DNA from: Nitrosopumilus sp.
Lineage (GTDB): Archaea > Thermoproteota > Nitrososphaeria > Nitrososphaerales > Nitrosopumilaceae
NCBI GenBank assembly: GCA_965238275.1
Contig: OZ250186.1
Span: forward strand, 736,001-800,000
DNA length: 64,000 bases
Direction: 5' to 3'
Part shown: positions 49,889-59,009 of the stretch, piece by piece
How positions within the stretch are numbered: the first letter of the stretch is position 1
Layout: every line of letters begins with the position of its first letter
Notes under the pieces: model-generated
Seen by the model: the letters and a program-made list of their open reading frames with translations, nothing else
What the model was told of the DNA's origin: nothing
The model's database searches: none
Position numbers and translations under genes: made by a program

Positions 49889-50911
49889 TTATGATTCTGT
49901 GCGGATCTCTTTCTTTGTAGGCAGCATGGAAAACCAGGATCTCGGGGAGCCGCCCGTGCCGCCCTGCGCCACCAGCACCTCGTCTACGTACTGGATCAGT
50001 TTGCTGGAAATCAGGTGGTCTGTTTTTGTAACCGTAATCACGAACTGGACGTTGTGTGTTTTTGACCGTTTGACCATGCCGTTGATTAATTTCATGATGC
50101 CGTCATATTGGGTAAAGAGCCACCCTTCCTCTATCACTATCACTTTTCTCGTCTCTGACGGTATCGACTTGGCGCACTGCCAAATGGCGTCCAACGCGCA
50201 AAACAACACGAAGAGTTCTGACTGTTTGGTGCCAATCGTAGGGGCTGAAAACACGCAGCCCCTCTTGATGTTCGGCTTGCTGCCGGGCTCGTCGTTAAGA
50301 AACTGTGCCGACAGGCGCGAAATCTCGTTCCTGTGGCGTTCTGGAATCAGTCCCAAAAACTCCCGCATGGAAGAGGCGCGTTCGGCGCACGTTCCGAGTT
50401 CGTATACCACGTCGTTGTCCAGCCCTGCAAATTCGCCCAACAGGTTGGCTATGTTGAACGGATGGGAATCCCTTATGGGATCAAGCCCCAGTGACGGCTT
50501 GTCCTTGACCGATATGTTTTGTATGTCGAACCGTTCCCGTTCATATTCATACTCTCCTGTAACGTCCAAAACGAACACTACTGCCCCGGATTTTATGGAA
50601 TGCTCTATTATTGATTTGGCAATGAAAGATTTTCCGCTTCCAGATTTGCCCACGAGTGCGAGATTGCGAGTGGTTGGTTCGTCTGAAACGAAATTGGCTA
50701 GAGCCCAGTCGTCAAAAACGATCGTATCTTGACTCTTTGAATCTTTCACGCATACAGACGCATGTCTGCATATAAATAAATGTACTTTTGATTTTGCCAA
50801 ACCAAGAAAAATTATAGCCGCTCCATCTCTGTATGTGACTTGGAAGATGTCGCCCACTCGTGCCTGCGCAGGCATCGGACACGGGTAAATTTCACGTATA
50901 TGGAACATCAT
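49889..50911 (-). CDS. Orphan HerA/VirB4-like P-loop ATPase (short, possibly degenerate)
   Basis: GKSGSGKS Walker A, LDVTGEY, VIEEGW Walker B. Confidence 0.7.
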   Translation of the reverse strand: MMFHIREIYPCPMPAQARVGDIFQVTYRDGAAIIFLGLAKSKVHLFICRHASVCVKDSKSQDTIVFDDWALANFVSDEPTTRNLALVGKSGSGKSFIAKSIIEHSIKSGAVVFVLDVTGEYEYERERFDIQNISVKDKPSLGLDPIRDSHPFNIANLLGEFAGLDNDVVYELGTCAERASSMREFLGLIPERHRNEISRLSAQFLNDEPGSKPNIKRGCVFSAPTIGTKQSELFVLFCALDAIWQCAKSIPSETRKVIVIEEGWLFTQYDGIMKLINGMVKRSKTHNVQFVITVTKTDHLISSKLIQYVDEVLVAQGGTGGSPRSWFSMLPTKKEIRTES

Positions 50912-51973
50912 TGCTGTTCAGGTTCTGTTAACTTATCAAGATCTGCCGACGGCTGTTAACCGTCGGGATCTTGTTGCTCGCCAACTGATCAGCATCGACT
51001 GAATTCTTCACCATGAGACTTATCCTCTCGTGGCTATCCATCTCCATCGCTTCATTTGCGGATCCTACGGGCACGACCTTTGTGCCTCGTGCAAGTATGT
51101 TGATACATGCATGCTTGTCACGGTCTACCGTGATGTTTCCGACAGGGCATCGCACCATTCTGCGCTCTTCGGTGATCATTGTTTCACCACATGCCGCGCA
51201 TTTCGAGCTTGTGCCCCTCGGATTTACTTTGATTGGAACCGTTCCATTCCACCTTGCCTTGTATTCAATCTGCCTTCCCAATTCGTAATAACCCCAATTC
51301 TTGCCGTTAAAATTGGCAGTCTTTCCCTTCCTGGCTTTCTTGTTCCACAGTTTTGTTATTCCTTCCAAATCTTCCAGAACCGGAACGTGTCCAGAGTCAA
51401 CTATCCTTTTGCTTGCCTTGTGTAGGATGTCATTAGTCCTGTTTTTTCCAATCCGACCGTATTTGCCTGCTATCTTTTTTCTTATCCTGTGGTCGTTTCT
51501 CTTGAAATTGGAGACCGTTTTCCTGCATTGCCGCTTGATCTTGCCGACTTTTGAAAGATCGTGCCTGACTATCCTGTCGTCCGTATCACACGTGGTGACG
51601 TTGTCAAAATTCATGTCTATCCCGACGTAACCCTGCGGAGTCCTTTCTTCGATTTTTTTGGAACATGCCAGTATCAGTTTGTTCGGAGTGACGGTGATTC
51701 CTCCCAGACTCATGCCATCTATCGTTTCCAACACGTAAGATGCCAGTTTGATTTTGATCTTCGTCTTGGCTTTCACTGACAGCTCCACGAACCCGTCGGA
51801 TATCTTGCATGCCTGGTTGTTGAACTTTAATATTTTTCCGGTGACGTAAGGGACTCCCGCGTTTTTGCCTTTTCGCTTGTTTGTACGCATTGGCTTCAGC
51901 ATGGATTTTGCGGAGTAGATTGCGGTCTGTTTGACTGACGCATACAAATCACTTTTCAGTTCGTGATATATTA

Positions 51974-53455
51974 GAAGCCATGCGTAATCCCTCCATTTCG
52001 TTGGGTTAAACCAGAAAAACCCAGAAAATATTAAAAATTCTGATTTAATTCCCGTCATGTCAAGCGTGTGGAAACCCGTCCTGCCAGAAATACAAAATAA
52101 CGTGCGCAACCTTGCAGCACCACGATGTGCACGGAATTAATTGTTTGAAACGGCGCTGCCGGGGACGTTTGCCTCTTCCCAGTTTATTACCGGCCCCAGC
52201 GTGCTACCTGAAGGAGGTCCTTTCTTCATCTGGTTCCACAGGAGGTCCAGGTTTACGAGTCCGGTTATTATGTTAAATTCCCTGTTAAAGTCGCCAATCT
52301 TTCCTTTGTATGGCGCGGTAAGCCGGCCGTACCGCTTCAGCCTGCCGATGGAGTGCTCCACCTTTACCCTGGCCGAGTTGACGGCGTGGTTGTGCTCCTT
52401 TTCCTCCTTTGTAAAGCGCTTGTGGTTCTTGGTCTTCTTGTGCGGCTGCAGGGTGTTTGTGCCGGGCAGATCCTTTGCGATTCCCTTGTAGCCGCGGTCA
52501 GTAAGGGTGTGGATCCTGTCCTCTTCGGGGGTGTCCTCGTCGCACATCCTGTCCCACCATCTTCCAAATGGCAGCGGGCTCTCCCTGAGCAGCGTGATGT
52601 CGTGGACGGATCCCACGGTGCTGCCGGATATGGCGACTATCACCCCGTTTTCATTTATGCACACGGTGGTGTTGAGCGTGAATTTCTTCTTCTTGCCAGA
52701 ATACATCATGCTCCTCATCTGTTTTTCGTCTGGCCGCTGCAGCGGACAGTGCGTGCCGTCGATCATCATGATGCCCCCGTCAGGCCCGGAAATTATTTTT
52801 TTGAGATCCTCTTTTGTCTCCGTGCCTGCTATCTCCTTTGAGATGTTGGTAGCGGTGGGCAGCACCGCCTCAAGCACCTCGTCTAGCACATCGATATACC
52901 GGGACACGGTCGCCTGGTCTATTCCAAAGAATGCCGCAAGCACGCCCTGCGTGGGGTTGCCCTTTTTGTACATCAGCGCCATGAGCAGCGCGTGCCTTGG
53001 GTACAGCTTGCAGCGGTTCCCGGGATCCGACGCCCTCGTCTCGTCACTCCTGAAGAGCGGGGATTTGCCGCTTTGCCTTATCCACGCCTCGGCCCTGTCA
53101 AGCATGTATTGGAACTGTTCCCTGCGCTTCAGCGTCGCGTCATGAAGATTTTTCCCGACTCTGATGATCTCATCAAGGACCTCCACGCGATGCAGCAGGG
53201 CGGGCTCTCCTGCGGCTCCGGACTCGGAGCCGTCCCGTGTGCGCCACAGGCTTTGCTCGTGCCTGGCAGCTGCGTCCTGGCGCTTGATCATGTCTCTGAG
53301 AGCCTTGTTCTCTTTTTGCAGGTCACTTGTTTTCTGATTCGACAACAGTATGAACCGGCATATTTTGGTTTTAATTGAATGGATCATAAATTTTTGACAG
53401 CAGGGCTAACATGTCAACGCGGAGTTTGAAAAAGTTCTGGATTACGCATATTTTC
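51974..53455 (-). mobile_element. IS5-family (ISL2/DDE_Tnp_4-like) element nested in tnpB
   Basis: Imperfect TIR GAA..ATGCGTAATCC / GGATTACGCAT..TTC flanked by TA. Confidence 0.88.
52137..53387 (-). CDS. DDE_Tnp_4-type transposase
   Basis: HTH FGIDQATVSR, IDGT, YSGKKK, HD, DRGY, RVKVEHSIGRLK. Confidence 0.92.
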   Translation of the reverse strand: MIHSIKTKICRFILLSNQKTSDLQKENKALRDMIKRQDAAARHEQSLWRTRDGSESGAAGEPALLHRVEVLDEIIRVGKNLHDATLKRREQFQYMLDRAEAWIRQSGKSPLFRSDETRASDPGNRCKLYPRHALLMALMYKKGNPTQGVLAAFFGIDQATVSRYIDVLDEVLEAVLPTATNISKEIAGTETKEDLKKIISGPDGGIMMIDGTHCPLQRPDEKQMRSMMYSGKKKKFTLNTTVCINENGVIVAISGSTVGSVHDITLLRESPLPFGRWWDRMCDEDTPEEDRIHTLTDRGYKGIAKDLPGTNTLQPHKKTKNHKRFTKEEKEHNHAVNSARVKVEHSIGRLKRYGRLTAPYKGKIGDFNREFNIITGLVNLDLLWNQMKKGPPSGSTLGPVINWEEANVPGSAVSNN

Positions 53456-53768
53456 TATTGATTCGTGGAAAGATTTCCTTGAAGTCAGGCCACGTTCCAG
53501 TCCAAGGCGGATCGACTCGTTTGTCACGCGGCGGAATTCCTCAAAATAATCCGCCAGCTCCTCATTTTTGTCATGGAACTGCCAGACTGATTTTGTCACT
53601 TTTACGATTATTATTGCGTTTGTTTTTATTTAAATGCTCAAGTTCCGCCATTTTTGCTAAAAAACACAAAACAGATCACGACGGTTAACAGCCATCGGCA
53701 GATCTCGATAAGTTAACAGAACCGCTGTTCATAATCAATTTATACATAGTGCCTGCCATCACCCCTTG

Positions 53769-54345
53769 ATGTTTACCGGGATAGTCGAGGGCACAGGCAG
53801 GGTCATGGACATTACCCGCTCTGACCGGAGAAGCGCCATGAGGGTTACTGTGGATCTGGGAGTCTGAGGGACTGCAGACCGGGCAAAGCGTCGCCCTGAA
53901 CGGCGTCTGTCTTACTGCAACCAATCTGTCTGGCTCCGAGTGCGTCTTTGAGATGATTGAGGAGACTGTAACCAGGACGGACCTTGGCAATCTGAATGTG
54001 GGCGGGGTGGTAAACATAGAACGGAGCCTCAGGGTGGGCGACAGGCTTGAGGGGCACTTTGTACTGGGCCATGTAGACGGGGTCGGAACCATCCTGGAGA
54101 TCCAGAAGAAACCCGACGAGGTCAGCGTGTCCTTTGAGGTTCCAGAGGACCTCTCAAGGTATATAGTACAGAAGGGCTCTGTTGCCATAGACGGCATCAG
54201 CCTGACTGTAGTTGATGTCAGGGATAACGTGGTATCCGTATCGCTTATCCCCCACACAGTCGATGTTACAAACTTTCACACCAGAAAGCCTGGCGACAGG
54301 GTCAACATCGAGACTGACATCCTTGGAAAATATATCCTAAAGTAG
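53769..54345 (+). pseudogene. ribC: Riboflavin synthase (alpha type), frameshift near 53862
   Basis: MFTGIVE start; SVALNGVCLT and GHFVLGHVDG in another frame after CTGGGAG. Confidence 0.82.
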
Positions 54346-54352
54346 GGAGGAT

Positions 54353-54386
54353 TACCATTTTAGTGGTAACTACCAGTTTTTTAGTA
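54353..54386. promoter_or_regulatory. Two tandem TACCA-N6-T(G/A)GTA palindromes upstream of the ribB TATA (RbkR-like boxes)
   Basis: 54353-54368 and 54371-54386, followed by TTTATAA. Confidence 0.6.
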
Positions 54387-54418
54387 ACCTTTATAATCAA
54401 ATTGCGGAAAGTTGTACC

Positions 54419-55087
54419 ATGTCCCTTGAATCGGCACTGGAGTCGCTACGGCACGGAGAGTTTGTACTGCTTTATGACTCTGCAGGCAGGGAGAACGAGA
54501 TTGACATGGTCGTTGCAGCCGAGTTTGTAACCCCGGAGCATGTTGCACGGATGAGGGTGAATGCCGGAGGACTGCTGTGCGTGGCAGTGGATTACGGCCT
54601 TGCAGACTCGCTTGGGCTTCGATACATGCACGAGATGCTTGCAGAATCCGTACCTGACCGGGAGATGATCATGGGCCTTGCGCCGTACGGGGATCACCCC
54701 ACATTCTCGCTGTCAGTGAACCACTACCGAACCTACACGGGTATCACGGACCGGGATCGTTCCCAGACGATACGTGAAATGTCTGCCATATACCATGTAG
54801 AGAACAGGCAGAAGAAGTTTGTATCATCCTTCAAGACCCCCGGACACGTCCCATTGCTGATTGCCTCAAAGGGACTGCTTGCCGCACGTCAGGGTCACAC
54901 GGAGATGTCCGTGTATCTTGCACGTGCTGCAGGACTGACCCCGGTAACTGCGATCTGTGAGATGATGGATGCCCAGACGTATGCCGCGCTCTCGGTGGAC
55001 AAGGCTGCCGTGTTTGCAAAGCAGAACGGAATTCCGCTGATCGATGGAAAGGAACTTTTAGAGTATGCCCGGGTGAATCGGTATTGA
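54419..55087 (+). CDS. ribB: 3,4-dihydroxy-2-butanone 4-phosphate synthase
   Basis: RENEID, TGITDRDR, PGHV, RQGHTE, CEM. Confidence 0.95.
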   Translation: MSLESALESLRHGEFVLLYDSAGRENEIDMVVAAEFVTPEHVARMRVNAGGLLCVAVDYGLADSLGLRYMHEMLAESVPDREMIMGLAPYGDHPTFSLSVNHYRTYTGITDRDRSQTIREMSAIYHVENRQKKFVSSFKTPGHVPLLIASKGLLAARQGHTEMSVYLARAAGLTPVTAICEMMDAQTYAALSVDKAAVFAKQNGIPLIDGKELLEYARVNRY

Positions 55088-55500
55088 ATATTGGAATTGT
55101 GGCATCGGAGTTCAATGATGCAGTTACACTAAGGATGCTTGCAGTGGCACGGGAGAAGGCAGACTCGATGAACCTGAAGATAACCCACACGTGCATGGTT
55201 CCCGGCGCATACGACATGCCTGTTGTCGTTGACGCGCTGCTGGAGCGGGATGACGTGGACGGGGTGGTCACCCTGGGTGCCGTGATAAAGGGACAGACAA
55301 AGCACGACGAGGTGATATTGCACTCTGCTGCACGGGCGCTTACCGATCTGTCCTTGAGGCACCGGAAGCCAGTATCCCTTGGAATCTCAGGCCCCGGAAT
55401 GCAGGCACGACACGCGCATGCCAGAATACGGCCGGTTGCAGAACGTGCAGTCGAGGCGGTACTGAAGATATACCAGGAGTTGCAGAGAATTCAGAGATGA
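55084..55500 (+). CDS. ribH: 6,7-dimethyl-8-ribityllumazine synthase
   Basis: SEFN, VPGAYDMP, GAVIKGQTKH. Confidence 0.95.
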   Translation: MNIGIVASEFNDAVTLRMLAVAREKADSMNLKITHTCMVPGAYDMPVVVDALLERDDVDGVVTLGAVIKGQTKHDEVILHSAARALTDLSLRHRKPVSLGISGPGMQARHAHARIRPVAERAVEAVLKIYQELQRIQR

Positions 55501-56246
55501 TCCAGCTCAGCATCCTCAAGATCAGCGGGTACGGTCCGTGGACACTGACGCTGGGAAGTGACAGGGAACACGAACTGCAGATGCTGCAGGCCTCCATGTA
55601 CGGCAAGATTCAAAGGCTTTTTTCTGAGAGGAACTGCCTGGTGTTTCACAACCGGGCCGACGAGTTCTTTGCAGTCTCAAACGGGCTCTTGCTGGAGGAC
55701 CACATAGGGATTCAAAAGTCCCTTGAGGAGTCCTTTGACGTGCGTCTGACAATGTCGATAGGATCCGGGGAGTCGCCGTTCCAGGCAAACCTGAAGGCAC
55801 ACAGGGCAAGGGTGGACGGCATAGAACTGGATCAAAGGCATCGCATCTTCGGGTCAGTTGATGACGGGGCCAGAAGCGTCTCGATCATGCATCTGGATGT
55901 GGACAATCTTACCACCCGCAGCCGTACCGACTCGCCGTATGAGATCACCTCTGCCGTGTTCGGTCTGTACTCCAAGATGTCCGGATTCTTTTTGGAGCGG
56001 GACTCGCTTGCATTCTTTCTGGGAGGCGACAACTTTATGGTGGTGGCAAGCGATGCGGCCAAGGACTCGGCGAGGCGGTTCATCCGGATGGTGCGCGATG
56101 ATGACGGAATCTCCATTAACTGCGGAATCGGCAACGGACGGACAGGAAGAGAGGCTGCAGGGCTGGCTACGGGATCGCTTGACATGATACGAAAGATCCG
56201 GGATTCCGGGGAAGGCAGCCCCGAGGTTTACGAGATGTCATGCTGA
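55497..56246 (+). CDS. gch3: GTP cyclohydrolase III (IIa)
   Basis: YGPWT..DREH.LQ.LQ, FLGGDNF. Confidence 0.92.
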   Translation: MIQLSILKISGYGPWTLTLGSDREHELQMLQASMYGKIQRLFSERNCLVFHNRADEFFAVSNGLLLEDHIGIQKSLEESFDVRLTMSIGSGESPFQANLKAHRARVDGIELDQRHRIFGSVDDGARSVSIMHLDVDNLTTRSRTDSPYEITSAVFGLYSKMSGFFLERDSLAFFLGGDNFMVVASDAAKDSARRFIRMVRDDDGISINCGIGNGRTGREAAGLATGSLDMIRKIRDSGEGSPEVYEMSC

Positions 56247-57430
56247 TTAGGAATGTTGCGGCCCTGCTGGGACCTGATCTTGAGTATGCCCCGGACACAT
56301 GCATACGGATACGGAACGGGCGTTTTGGAGGGATGGGACCCGGGCTAAGGCCGCACGGTACGGAGAGGTCAGTTGACGGCAGCGGGCTGCTGATGATCCC
56401 GGGGTTTGTCAACGCCCATACGCATATCGGGGATTCTGTAGGTAAGGACGTTACCCTGGACGGCTCAGTCGACCAGAGGATTCATCCCATGCATGGCGTA
56501 AAGTCAAAAATTCTCAGGAACACGCCTCCTGGCATACTGTCAGGATTCATGGCAGGCACGTGCAGCTCGATGCTCAGACGGGGAATTACCACGTTTGTCG
56601 ATTTTCGGGAGGGCGGCCTGGACGGCATAGCACTGATCAGAGGGGCCCTGCGGAAAACTCCAATCAGGGCAGTCATCTTGGGCAGAGTCGAGTTTTATCA
56701 AGACGCGCACGATGTGGCAGGCAACGTGCCCCTTCCGGACTCAAGGGTACGGGAGCTTGCCATGCTGGCTGACAAATGCGACGGGCTCGGTATCAGCGGC
56801 GCAAACGAGAACAGCACGTCGGTGCTCAAGAGATACTCCCGGACTGCCCGGCTCAGGGCGATCCACTCCTCTGAGACCAGGCAGAGCGTGCGTGTGTCCG
56901 AGGAGGTTACAGGGATTGCAGAGACTGCCAGGGCACTGGATCTCAAGCCGCACTTTCTGGTGCATATGACCCATGCCTCGCGTAGCGATCTGAAAGAGGC
57001 CGCAAAAAGGATCCGGGGGATCGTCATATGTCCCAGGGCAAACTCTGCGCTGGCAGAGGGGATTCCGGATATTGGGATGATGCAGGAGGCAGGATGCACA
57101 CTGGCACTGGGCACTGACAACGTGATGATAAACCCGCCTGACATGTTCCGGGAGATGGACTTTCTTTGGAAGGCGACCATGGGGGTGCACCAAAGGAGGG
57201 TAGATCCCCGGGAGATTCTCAAGATGGCAACGGTAAACGGCGGGAGGATACTGGGCATGGATGTGGGCGTGATTGCAGAGGGAATGATGGCCGACTGCAT
57301 CCTACTTGACACACACGTGATTGATCTGGAGCCCATGCACAACCCGCACGCCTCGGTGGTGCACAGGGCGTCTGAGTCTGCCATAAGGGGGGTCATGATC
57401 GGGGGGAGGACGGTTCATGGCAGCATCTAG
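56240..57430 (+). CDS. Metal-dependent amidohydrolase in the riboflavin operon
   Basis: PGFVNAHTH, IHSSE, LVHMT, LGTDN. Confidence 0.88.
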   Translation: MLIRNVAALLGPDLEYAPDTCIRIRNGRFGGMGPGLRPHGTERSVDGSGLLMIPGFVNAHTHIGDSVGKDVTLDGSVDQRIHPMHGVKSKILRNTPPGILSGFMAGTCSSMLRRGITTFVDFREGGLDGIALIRGALRKTPIRAVILGRVEFYQDAHDVAGNVPLPDSRVRELAMLADKCDGLGISGANENSTSVLKRYSRTARLRAIHSSETRQSVRVSEEVTGIAETARALDLKPHFLVHMTHASRSDLKEAAKRIRGIVICPRANSALAEGIPDIGMMQEAGCTLALGTDNVMINPPDMFREMDFLWKATMGVHQRRVDPREILKMATVNGGRILGMDVGVIAEGMMADCILLDTHVIDLEPMHNPHASVVHRASESAIRGVMIGGRTVHGSI

Positions 57431-58082
57431 GCCGCACGTGATTCTAAGTGCGGCAGTCTCTGTGGATGGAAGGATTGCCACTAGGACAGGCGATTCTGAG
57501 CTGTCATCGGGAGATGACACTGCAAGACTGCACAGACTGAGGGGCAGGGTGGATGCAATCCTTGTAGGAAAGAATACCGTACTGCGAGATGATCCGATGC
57601 TGACTGTGCGGCATGCGCGTGGGAAGAGCCCTGTCCGGATAATTTTGGACTCTGACGGGGCGATATCTTGGAACTATCGGGTTGTAAAGACTGCAGGTGA
57701 CGTACCTACCATACTGGCAGTATCTGAGAGGGTGGATGCCAGGCGCCTTGAGGATCTCAGGTCGCGCACGGACGTGATCGTTGCAGGACGGGACTCTGTG
57801 GATGTCAGGCTTCTGCTGGAACTGCTTGCAGTCAGAGGAATCAAGACGGTGCTTGTGGAGGGGGGCGGAACCATAAACTGGGAGTTTGTCCGGCTTGGCC
57901 TGTTTGATGAGATGATAGTGACTGTTTCCCCGTATCTGATAGGGGGTAGTGATGCCGTATCCCTTGTGATGGGGGGCGGGTTTGCCATGGTTGCAGACTC
58001 GCCGGAACTGCATCTCAAATCCGCAAGGAGGCTCGGGGATCATATCGTCCTGCACTATATCCGGAAAGAACATGGGAAGTAA
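57417..58082 (+). CDS. 2,5-diamino-6-ribosylamino-4(3H)-pyrimidinone 5'-phosphate reductase (RibD_C/ArfC)
   Basis: SVDGRIA, DAILVG..T...DDP.LT, VEGGG. Confidence 0.9.
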   Translation: MAASRPHVILSAAVSVDGRIATRTGDSELSSGDDTARLHRLRGRVDAILVGKNTVLRDDPMLTVRHARGKSPVRIILDSDGAISWNYRVVKTAGDVPTILAVSERVDARRLEDLRSRTDVIVAGRDSVDVRLLLELLAVRGIKTVLVEGGGTINWEFVRLGLFDEMIVTVSPYLIGGSDAVSLVMGGGFAMVADSPELHLKSARRLGDHIVLHYIRKEHGK

Positions 58083-58342
58083 TCGGACCGACTCGTCTTT
58101 GCTGGTGGTCCGGGGCCTGCATCATTCATAGGACTTGAAGGCATTCCCGATTCCCCAGCGGGCTCTGTACCACCTGCCGGTTCATCCGGTTCGCTTTGCA
58201 GATCACGGTTTAGGACGGTGGTGGCAAATGTGAAATCTGGCAGACCCTTTGTTGTCCTCGGTACATTTTGTTTTTTATTCATTACATACAAAATAACAAG
58301 ACACCAAGAATTTTTATTATACACCGTTAACCAAGGACACCG

Positions 58343-59009
58343 ATGGAGCACAAACATAAAATCACAATACTGATTGCATTGCAAATATCTCTAATAGTTG
58401 CAAGCTCTATAATTATTGTATATTCTGAATCACAGATAAACCTTACCGGAAACACTAAATATTGCAGGAAAAAACAGAGTACTGACCAGCCATGTGCAAA
58501 TTGAACTAAACCACCTATTGCTTTATGATTCACCGCACGATGCCCACGTCTTTGAGGCTCTTGAGGAACTGGAGAATAATATACTATTTTTAAAGCACGG
58601 CGGCCAGTTGTCTGGAATAGGGATATCCCCGCTTGCACCGCGCTTTGACAGTGATTGGAACGAGATCTGGAAAACTTTTGAGGTGTACAAGACCGAGATA
58701 TTCTATTTGGTAGACAAGAAAGACATTTTGTCAAAAAACATTCTAGATGTAGAGCATACAAGCGACGCATTGGAACATCTGTCTAGTGTGCTCACAGACA
58801 AGCTGGGCAAAGATGTCGAGGAGTTGTCATCCCGTCTGATATTACTGCAGCTAATTCTTGGTCTCATTAATGTTGCAGCGCATATCTTTATGATCTCTTT
58901 GATATGGCGAATCTTTAACCGCCATACTGAACAAAAAATAAAGATAGAAAAGTTTGCCATACTGGGAGAATTTGCTGCAATGATAGCACACGACATGAGA
59001 AACCCATTA
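58343..59009 (+). pseudogene. Sensor histidine kinase remnant (TM, PilJ/NarX-like sensor, TM, H-box)
   Basis: NIAGKNR sensor motif after a frameshift near 58456; ends at AHDMRNPL where the IS begins. Confidence 0.75.

Larger units (their letters stand above)
50928..53599 (-). pseudogene. tnpB: TnpB (RuvC RNA-guided nuclease family) split by an IS; segments 53599-53456 and 51971-50928
   Basis: GIDMN, LEDL, TSSKCAACG, DRD..ACINI; N-terminal FRRVTNESIRLG on the far side of the IS. Confidence 0.88.
50921..53723 (-). mobile_element. TIR-bounded non-autonomous element carrying tnpB
   Basis: 51-bp TIRs (50921-50971 and 53673-53723, 3 mismatches); direct repeat GCTGTTCA at 50913-50920 and 53724-53731. 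Confidence 0.9.

Noticed and set aside
51972-52109. N-terminus of the 393-aa tnpB ORF as given by the track
   Set aside because: Lies inside the IS end; the real N-terminus is at 53599-53456.
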